From the NCBI RefSeq assembly GCF_006345805.1, contig NW_021835048.1, positions 1 through 44,446 of the forward strand: a DNA stretch of 44,446 nucleotides, in the 5' to 3' direction. Below the pieces are notes generated by a model. The model was not told the origin of the DNA and searched no databases. It saw only the letters and a list, made by a program, of their open reading frames with translations. This stretch comes from Octopus sinensis (lineage: Eukaryota). Position 1 is the stretch's first letter. Each line of letters starts with the position of its first letter. The translations under genes and the position numbers were made by a program. Below are positions 35,121 to 44,446 of this stretch, piece by piece.

Positions 35121-36673
35121 CTAAAGCTGCTTTTCACGTGCCACTGACATCGGTCACTCCATGAGGCCAAATGTTCAAAAGGAGCATTTTACATGTCACT
35201 GGTACAGGTGTGAGTCAGGTGGCACTGGTATCATCCATGACTGTGTCACCTGGCTTCACGGGTCTTCTTAAGCACAGCATATTGCCAAAAGTCATTGACC
35301 CCATGAAGCCCAAAGTTCAAAGGTCATGCTTCACCACATGAGTGTGTGTGTGTAATAGGGTGACAGTGAAGAAGTCTTTATGTGGCCACTACATGCTAGA
35401 AATAGCAGCTGAATCTCTCCCAGTCAATGATGCAGCCTTTAAGTGGCAGCTACATATATATATATATGCATGTATGTATGTATATGTGTGTTTGTGTGTC
35501 TATATTGTCTCCATCGCTTAACAACCGATGTTGGTGTGTTTACGTCCCCGTAACTTAGCGGTTCGGCACAAGAGACCGATAGAATAAGTACCGGGCTTAC
35601 AAAGAATAAGTCCTGGGGTCGATTTGCTCGACTAAAGGCGGTGCTCCAGCATGGCCGCTGTCAAATGACTGAAACAAGTAAAATAAAGGAATAAAATGCA
35701 GCGCTCCAGCATGGCCACGCTCCAATACAGGAAGCATGTTAAAGAAAGAAGAAAACTTTTTTTTGGAAGCACTCCGACGGTTCCGACGACGAGGGTTCCG
35801 GTTGATCCGAATCAACGGAACAGCCTGCTCGTGAAATTAACGTGCAAGTGGCTGAGCACTCCACAGACACGTGCACCCTTAACGTAGTTCTCGGGGATAT
35901 TCAGCGTGACACAGAGAGTGACAAAGCCGGCCCTTTAAAATACAGGTACAACAGAAACAGGAAGTAAGATTGAGAGAAAGTTGTGGTGAAAGAGTACAGC
36001 AGGGATCACCACCATTCCCTGCTGGAGCCTCGTGGAGCTTTAGGTGTTTTCGCTCAATAAACACTCACAACGCCCGGTCTGGGAATCGAAACCGCGATCC
36101 TATGACCGCGACTCCGCTGCCCTAACCACTGGGCCATTGCGCCTCCACTAAAGAAGAAAACTAAATCGGTTTCCGCCCACCTGCCTTCTGTCAGTCGACA
36201 GACATCTTAAACAGGATCACGAGAGCTGACCCCTGACCTTAAACCCCAAAGAAATAAAATATATAAATCATTTTTTTTGTTTTTTGATATTTCAAGGGGT
36301 AGTGTGGGGGGTCAGTTTTGCTTTTCGTTTCTCCGGGGGGTGGGGCGACAAAATATTCTCTATCAAACATCTCAGACGGGAAAAGAAAAACAGAAATATT
36401 TTGCGGAAGACATAACCCGCCCCTTTGAGATACACACACATCTATATATATATATATATATATATATACATACACATATATACATCCTACACGTACATAT
36501 ATACACACACACACGTGTGTGTGTTGCTTATGGACTTTGGTTCTTCACATAAACTAAACTTTAGCGTATCGGTATATATATATATACATACATATACAAA
36601 ATTTGGAAGACTGACCACTAAAAGGGGACACCCTATATGCTAAACATAGACGTCATACACTATGCTTATATCT

Positions 36674-36720
<47 letters not shown>

Positions 36721-37145
36721 ATGTGTGTGTGTATGTATGTATGTATAGTGTATGTATGTGTATACACAGCGAGATGTATGTATACATACATATACGTGTT
36801 TATATCTATCTATCTATATACATATGCGTGTGTGTGTATCGACGTATTAATATCTATATTGCTCAGGTCTCGTGGCCCACGATCAATAATGCTGTAGTTT
36901 TGGTTTGTTTTGTTCGCTTTCTTTACGTGTTTGTTATTGTTATTTTTATTTCATGTCTTGTTTTATTTTTTTTTTTCCAATCTTCTCCGCTCCTCCCGCC
37001 CCTGTTTTTAGGAACAAAACCTCCGAAAAAAAAAAACTATCTTCGTTTCCCTTCCTAACTTCATCACCACCGATCACACCAGCTCAACACACGTAATACA
37101 GAATAATTGTTAAAGGAACATTTAGCACAAGAACAACAATACCGT

Positions 37146-37190
<45 letters not shown>

Positions 37191-37394
37191 GAGATGTAGA
37201 AAACTTCCTGGTTTTGAGGGTGTCGCGATGGACCTGGTTTGCCGAGTCCTTTTACAGGGCGAGAATATGTGGAGTAAAATCATAATTAACTGAAGGAACC
37301 CTTCATCTCTCCCTCGCATAGATAGATAAATAGAAAGATATAGATAGATAGACAGATAGAGAGATAGACGGACGGACGGACGGACGGACGGACG

Positions 37395-37432
<38 letters not shown>

Positions 37433-37480
37433 TAGATAGATAGATAGATAGGTAGGTAGATAGATAGATAGATAGATAGG

Positions 37481-37523
<43 letters not shown>

Positions 37524-37588
37524 GTAGGTAGGTAGATAGATAGATAGATAGATAGGTAGATAGATAGATAGATAGGTAGATAGATAGG

Positions 37589-37635
<47 letters not shown>

Positions 37636-37636
37636 G

Positions 37637-37668
<32 letters not shown>

Positions 37669-38134
37669 CAGACAGATAGATAGATGGATAGAGATAGACA
37701 GATACAGAGAGAGATGCGCGTGAACAGGTGATTGTGTATGTGCGTGAACGCACGAATGTATACATTCTTTATTTGGACGTGCAAGATGAAGAAATTAGGC
37801 ACCAAAAGACACGTCGAAGATTTCTATATTTCTTCTGTTTAAGATACACAAAAACTAAACGAAACACACAACGTGGTGTGTTTGTGTGTGTGTGTGTGTG
37901 GTGAGTGTGTATACAAACATTGGCGAAAGTAAAGACTACATACACCCGGTGGTTAGGGTTTAGGGGTAGGATTAGGGGTTAGGGTTTTGTTACGCCGAAA
38001 ACGGGTGGTATAAGTATTCTTTACCTCCGCCCAAACACTATATATATATAGATATATATATATAAGCGGTGGTGCCCCAGCATGGCCGCGGCCTTCGGGC
38101 AAAAACATTTTTAAGGATTTTAAGGATTTATATA

Positions 38135-38345
38135 TTGTCAGCAAATCACACAGCATACGGAAGATCTGAAGAAGGGTCTTAGACTTGCGCCTACCCCAAT
38201 ATATATATATATATATATATAGGGATGTCTTGAAAATTGGACATATTGGCCAGTTACCCCTAAGGACCACGTATGCGGAGTGGGGTGGGCGCAAGTCTAA
38301 GAACCCTTCTTCAGATCTTCCGTATGCTGTGTGATTTACTGACAA
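38135..38345. repeat. ~64-bp inverted repeat with an ~82-nt spacer
   Basis: TTGTCAGCAAATCACACAGCATACGGAAGATCTGAAGAAGGG.. at 38135-38198 versus its reverse complement at 38281-38345. Confidence 0.85.
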
Positions 38346-38597
38346 TTAATTAATAAATACAAGGGTGCCCGGTGCATTAATTGACCCCCGGGAGGCGGGG
38401 TTTAAGAATACTATGAATGCAAACCTGTACTTGATACAATGTGCATGTGTGTGAATATACAAAGATATGAAAGAAACAGCTTTTATAAGTGGGTAGTGTC
38501 TCCGTGGGAACATAGATATATATATATATACAGGAATATACACACTATATATATATTTGTGAGCATTATATAAATTGCTTCATATACATTGTTATAA

Positions 38598-38639
<42 letters not shown>

Positions 38640-38971
38640 ATATATATATGTTATTCCCACGGAGGGTTGAAACTGACCTGTCAAGATAATTGCAGCAACG
38701 ATAACAACATCGTAATTATCCAGTGAAAGATATAATACTAATTAAAGTGGAAATTCTACTCTGGGCGAGCACCGGTTATAGGGTGGATTTTTTTTACACG
38801 GAAGTTTTTTTGTGTCGCAACACCGTGCACGAATCTAAATTCCGTTGAACCGTCATTCTTCTTCATTCGCTTATTCTTTTATTTATTGTATTTATAATGA
38901 TCAGCTTAGAGCACTGTTCATATGTGTACGTGCGTGTCATATACATGCTACATATAAATATAATATGTATA

Positions 38972-39068
<97 letters not shown>

Positions 39069-39514
39069 TTCAACAATTGAGGGCAAAATTAATACTTATT
39101 AATCAATTTCACCAAGTGTTCAGTATGCAAAGGGACCATTCAAGGCGAATTCAAATTATTACATATATAAAAGGGCTTAGTAATAAATTACTTTGCCGCA
39201 TACTGACTCATTAGAAATAGCAGCTAAAAAACTTTTTTAAAGCTATTTCTAATACTTAAGAAATCTCTCTCATATATAGTGTTTGCTTAATTCAACTCAC
39301 AAAAGTTTTGGGGGTAAGGACATCGAAAATCTTAGCATTTGATTTTTTCGATGTCCTTACCCCAAAACTTTTGTGAGTTGATTAAGCAACACTATATATG
39401 AGAGAGATTTTTCTTTAAGTATTAGAAATAGCTTAAAAAGTTTTTTAGCTGCTATTTCTAATGAGTTCAGTATGCGCAAAGTAATTTATTTTACTAAGCC
39501 CTTTATATAATGTA
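39069..39514. repeat. Leader plus ~355-bp palindrome in (TA)n; same family as 398-597, 20269-20470 and 26049-27275
   Basis: 39160-39329 is the reverse complement of 39342-39514 apart from small indels; leader AGGGCAAAATTAAT..CACCAAGT..CAGTATG. Confidence 0.8.
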
Positions 39515-39523
39515 CATATATAT

Positions 39524-39665
<142 letters not shown>

Positions 39666-40076
39666 GAGTGGCTGTGTGGTAAGTAGCTTGCTTACCAACC
39701 ACATGCTTCCGGTTCAGTCCCACTGCGTGGCATCTTGGGCAAGTGTCTCCTACTATAGCCTCGGACCCACCAAACCTTGTGAGTGGATTTGGTAGACGGA
39801 AACTGAAAGAAGCCCGTCGTATATATATAAACTGAAAGAAGCCCGTCGTATATATATATAATATATATATGTGTGTGTGTGTCTGTGTTTGTCCCCCTCC
39901 CAACATCGTTTGACAACCGATGCTGGTGTGTTTGCGTCCCCTTATCTAGCGGTTCGGCAAAACAAACCGATAGAATAAGTACTAGGCTTACAAAGAATAA
40001 GTCCTGGGGTCGATTTGCTCGACTAAAGGCGGTGCTCCAGCATGGCCACAGTCAAATGACTGAAACAAGTAAAAGA

Positions 40077-40115
<39 letters not shown>

Positions 40116-40159
40116 AAGTAAATAAATTTTTTTAAGCAAAGTAAATAAAACACAAAAAC

Positions 40160-40260
40160 ACAAAGTAAGGATCGACTAGTCACGACTAGCTAGCGCGGAT
40201 GCGCGACTACGCGAGTGCGCGCACCGGGACCAATCTTCTTAAATAGCACCCGTGTCTTTC
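40160..40260 (+). promoter_or_regulatory. CpG-rich patch, possible promoter of the ZNF gene
   Basis: Local CG-dinucleotide cluster (gcgcggatgcgcgactacgcgagtgcgcgc) in non-repeat AT-rich DNA between the divergent genes; function inferred. Confidence 0.35.
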
Positions 40261-41099
40261 TGAGAAAAGATGCTTGTGGTCAGTTATTCTTTTTTAATTA
40301 TTTCGTTAATTAATTAGTTTGGCGATCGCAACAGATTTTGTTTGTCCCCTTGTTCTTTACCGTTTGCATTACCATCAATTTATTTTTTTTATGTAAAGAA
40401 GAGACACTTTTTGGTTGGGACCGGCTTTCAGTCGCACTTGCTTTATCTAATTGATCTGGCGAGATTTAATTCAACTTATCGATCTCTTTAACCAAGCAAC
40501 TGTTTAATTATAAATATATATATGTGTATATATGTATATATATATATCTTGGCCAAAATATTTGTGAGAAAATATCAGCATTTTACGAGGTAAAATAACA
40601 GAAATTATTGTGAAATTGTGCATTATTTAAATTCAAACACTTCTCAAAGTAAAGGATTTCGTGGGTTTTTCTTGATGCTGGCTTCGTGAAATTATCGGAT
40701 GTCACTTCGTTTCTTCTGGTCAGTTTAATTAATTAATTAATTAATTTACTTATTTATTTCTTTATTCACTCGTAAACTGTTTATTTACCAATTTGGTGTT
40801 TTAGAGCTAACTTTGGATGTGGTTTTGATGATGTCCGTTTATCAATATATACTCCATATAAAGGCTATACTTTTATTACGAAATTTACAGAATCCCTCCA
40901 AAAATGATTTCCTTACACACACACACACATATACATATATAATTGTAAGATACAAGGGTTTAGGTGTAGGAAGTTAGTAAGCTTCGGGCAGTCCGTGGTA
41001 GGTATAAAAATCGTTCGTTGATTTTTACGGGGAGGTAAACACACCAGCATCGGTTTTCAAGCGATGTTGGGGGGGACAAACAGACACACATACATATAT

Positions 41100-41270
41100 G
41101 TTCCGAGTTCAAATTCCGTCGAGGTCGACTTTGCCTTTCATCCTTCCGGGGTCGATAAATTAAGTACCAGTTATGCACTGGGGTCGATGTAATCGACTTA
41201 ATCCCTTTGTCTGTCCTTGTTTGTCTCCTCTGTGTTTAGCCCCTTGTGGGTAGTAAAGAAATATATATAT
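41100..41270 (+). mobile_element. Third short interspersed repeat; copies at 3047-3125(-), 29177-29245(+), 29356-29430(-)
   Basis: Shared GAGTTCAAATTCC..GTC(G/A)ACTTTGCCTTTCATCCTT..GGTC(G/A)ATAAATTAAGTA. Confidence 0.7.
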
Positions 41271-41812
41271 ATAAGGCGTAACTTCGGTATAGGTACCGGA
41301 AGTATCGGACACATTTCAAGACAGTGTTTTTTTTTCTATATATGGGGGGGGTGTAGTTTTAGGGTTAGGGGTGGGAGAAAAGGGTTTCTGTTATCTTCAT
41401 AAATGTAAACAAAGCCACTTACGGTACGTATACCGAAGGATCACCATGCCCTCGACGGCTGGGTGTGGGTATCATACAAAAACAACAGAGTTATCTTTTC
41501 TTGAATATTGTTGCTGTTTCATGTTGGGTCAACTGCTAGCTGCCTTAACTGGGAATTAGAGGAAGATAGAATGAAAGTTGAGGGTAGGGAGTCGATAGAA
41601 TGATACCTTCGTTGTGCCTCACATTTAAAGAGCAGGCCTCTTTTACTTGTTTCAGTCATTTGACTTTGGCCATGCTGGAGCACCGCCTTTAGTCGAGCAA
41701 ATCGACCCCAGGACCTATTCTTTGTAAGCCTAGTACTAGGCCTAGTACTAATTTCTATCGGGTCTCTTTTGCCGAACCGCTAAGTTACAGGGACTTAAAC
41801 ACGCTACCATAT

Positions 41813-41845
<33 letters not shown>

Positions 41846-42789
41846 CATATATATGACGAGCTTCTTTTCAGTTTCCGTCTACCAAATCCACTCACAAGGC
41901 ATTGGTCGGCCCGGGGCTATAGCAGAAGACACTTGCCCAAGGTGCCACGCAGTGGGACTGAACCCGGAACCATGTGGTTGGTAAGCAAGCTACTTACCAC
42001 ACAGCCACTCCTACACCTATGTCATAGTTGCCATTCTCACTGTAAGCCTTCTCTTGGTTGAATTATCTAGCTGGATTCTGCCTGTGGTCGCTTCTGCATC
42101 ATCTCATTTTTTCCTAAGGTGTTTTAGTATTTATAACTATCCAAACTAGTTAGAAGGAGAGACATATTGTTGAGAACAATGAATTTCGTTGGTGGTCTGT
42201 TATTTCTATTCTCGATTTTGGTGGCCTAGAAGAGGTTAGAAGGGTCAAGTGGCAAAGCCATTGTTCTGCTTAGTGAAAGGCATCTGGCAAATGTAACTGT
42301 TGTCTCTCAGAGAAAAACTATTGTTTTACTGTGAGAAAAGTGTTGTTGAGCTTTTAAGTGGAATTTGGCTATCAAGGATTAAATCCACGCCATGCCTGCA
42401 TGGACCACTACAAGTCTATTGCTGGGATTTATGTAAAAATTTCGAAAAATTAAAAAAATATTTTTTGGAATTTTGAAAAATTAAAAAAGTGATTTTTGGC
42501 ATTGTCATATGAATTCCCATGTCATCATCATCATCACCACCATCATCATTTAATGTCTGCCTTCCATGCTGACATGGGTGTGGATGGTTTGACAGGAGCC
42601 GGCCAGGCAGAGGACTGCATCAGACTTCTGTGTCTTTTTTGGCGCGGCTTTTATGGCTGGATGGCCTTCCTAACACCAATTATCCTGCAGTGTGGGCCGA
42701 GTGCTTTTTATGTGGCACCAGCACAGGCAAACAAATTCACAAGAATTTCCAGAAAATTCCAAATATTGAAAAAAAGTTATGAAAGGTTA

Positions 42790-43312
42790 CCATAAATCCT
42801 CGAATATAGTCCGCCCTTGAGTATAATATTCAGGGGATTTTTAGGGGCTTGTACCTCTGAAAAACCTAGACCTTGTGTATAATACACACCCCTTCTCTAA
42901 CTTGAGTCGTGCATAATTAAGCCAGCAGCACCTAGTCAAACAAACACTTTCGCACATGCGTAATACGATAATGGTGATGTTCTTAACTGTTATATGGGAA
43001 TGTAAATATGTTTGCAAATTATTTTTGTTACATGTTATTCTGTGTTCTGAATGCTTTTATTTTAATAAATGTTGCTTATTGCAAGTTATGGATTATTCTT
43101 TTATGACTTCATTGCTTTCAGGCTTAGCTTAAGGTATTTTCGTGCCCGACATCACAAAATGCGTCTGAATAAACATTGCATGACTGCAAAATAGAGACTC
43201 GGACATTGCTTAGAAAATAATTTTCATTTTTAACCTCATATATAGTACGCACTAGGGATTTTGACCTTTAAATTTTGGGGAAAAAATGTGGATTATACTT
43301 GAGGATTTACGG
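42790..43312. mobile_element. Second copy of the same MITE
   Basis: Same terminal inverted repeats, TA flanks, shared internal blocks with 31029-31536. Confidence 0.82.
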
Positions 43313-43574
43313 TACATGTCATGTGTAAAACATAATTCTGCCCAGAAATATATTAAAACTACAAATGCAGAACTTCTATATCTTATACTGGTTTTTTTTT
43401 TTCTTTTCAGAATTTTGGAAGTCAGAAACATTGAAGAATTTTTTACATACAAAGCATATTTGTTGGGGATGAAATATAAAAACAAAAAGCAAAACTTGTG
43501 TTGAGGTGGAAGAAGAAGAAGAAGAATTGGAAGAAGAAGAAGAGGAAGAAGAAGAAGTGGAAGAAGAAGAAGAA

Positions 43575-44446
43575 ATGGAAAATGACTTACGTGAGGACCA
43601 GGTTGGATTCAGGGCACACCCCGAAAGGTTTCATTGTCCTAAAAAGCTGCTGAAAAATAATGGAAAAACTATGTACCCCTGCGATATCTGTAAAAAGTCC
43701 TTTACCCAGAAAGGTAACCTAACCATTCACAAACGCATTCATACAGGTGAGAAACCATATCAGTGTAATATCTGTGGAAAATCGTTTGCCGGAAGCAGTG
43801 ACTTAACGATCCATAAACGTATTCATACAGGTGAGAAACCATATCACTGTGATATCTGTGGCAAATCATTCTCCCTTACAGGTAACTTAACCACTCACAA
43901 ACGAACTCATACAGGTGAGAAGCCATATCGCTGTGATATCTGTGGTAAATTATTCTCCCATGTCGTTAGCTTAAATAGCCACAGGTATGTTCATACAGGT
44001 GAGAAGCCATACCATTGTAATGTCTGTGGTAAATCATTCTCTTTAAGAAGTAATTTAACTGTTCACAGTTATATTCATACAGGTGAGAAGGTATATACCT
44101 GTGATATATGCGGTAAATCATTCTCACGAAACAGTGTCTTGACTATCCACAAACACATTCATACAGGAGAAAAGCCATATGACTGTGATATCTGTGGTAA
44201 ATTATTCTCTCGGAGTGGGGATTTGTCTAACCACAGACGTATTCATACAGGAGAGAAACCATTTCACTGTGATATCTGTGGTAAGTCTTTTACACAAAGA
44301 AGTACCTTAACGGCTCACAAACGTATCCATACAAAGGACAAGCAGTATCCCTGTGATGCCTGTGGGAAAGCATTCTCTCGGAAACGTCAGTTAGCTACAC
44401 ATGGATGTAGGGAAGTTTACGAAAAAAAACAAAAGACGAAGACAGG
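43575..44446 (+). CDS. Tandem C2H2 zinc-finger protein (8 canonical fingers with TGEKPY-type linkers plus a terminal C2HC-type finger), 3' incomplete
   Basis: ATG GAA AAT GAC opens a frame with no stop to the window end; repeats of CxxCGKSFx5LxxHxxxH. Upstream polyT-CAG acceptor at 43410. Confidence 0.95.
   Translation, partial: MENDLREDQVGFRAHPERFHCPKKLLKNNGKTMYPCDICKKSFTQKGNLTIHKRIHTGEKPYQCNICGKSFAGSSDLTIHKRIHTGEKPYHCDICGKSFSLTGNLTTHKRTHTGEKPYRCDICGKLFSHVVSLNSHRYVHTGEKPYHCNVCGKSFSLRSNLTVHSYIHTGEKVYTCDICGKSFSRNSVLTIHKHIHTGEKPYDCDICGKLFSRSGDLSNHRRIHTGEKPFHCDICGKSFTQRSTLTAHKRIHTKDKQYPCDACGKAFSRKRQLATHGCREVYEKKQKTKT

Noticed and set aside
36181-36230. Possible non-coding 5' exon of the CLC gene (CAG|GTGGGC donor)
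   Set aside because: Splice-like words alone are not enough without transcript evidence.
37950-37990. Telomere-like TTAGGG repeats
   Set aside because: Only a few degenerate units at an interstitial position.

Overview
Repeat-rich, AT-rich eukaryotic genomic DNA, most likely from an octopod cephalopod (inferred from the repeat families and the style of the C2H2 gene). There are two genes. (1) A complete 17-coding-exon CLC-family chloride transporter on the minus strand (CDS 33966 to 2253). I assembled it by hand from GT/AG boundaries, and all intron phases match: 2538 nt, 845 aa, with GSGIPE, GPEGPM, MEE and HPHY motifs and two CBS domains. Several exons are missing from the supplied ORF track. 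(2) A divergently oriented plus-strand tandem C2H2 zinc-finger gene starting at 43575 and running off the window end. Introns are filled with tRNA-derived SINEs, RTE and CR1 LINE 3' ends, Tc1/mariner and hAT remnants, microsatellites, minisatellites and foldback elements. The most notable unexplained structure is RNA-level. A ~450-bp head-to-tail array (8111-10098) carries five identical minimal type I hammerhead-ribozyme-like motifs (Penelope/retrozyme-like). A second element joins a tRNA-like head to a canonical-core hammerhead motif (29650-30565). A family of (TA)n-embedded leader-plus-hairpin elements is also present. Most other ORFs in the track are microsatellite or repeat artefacts.
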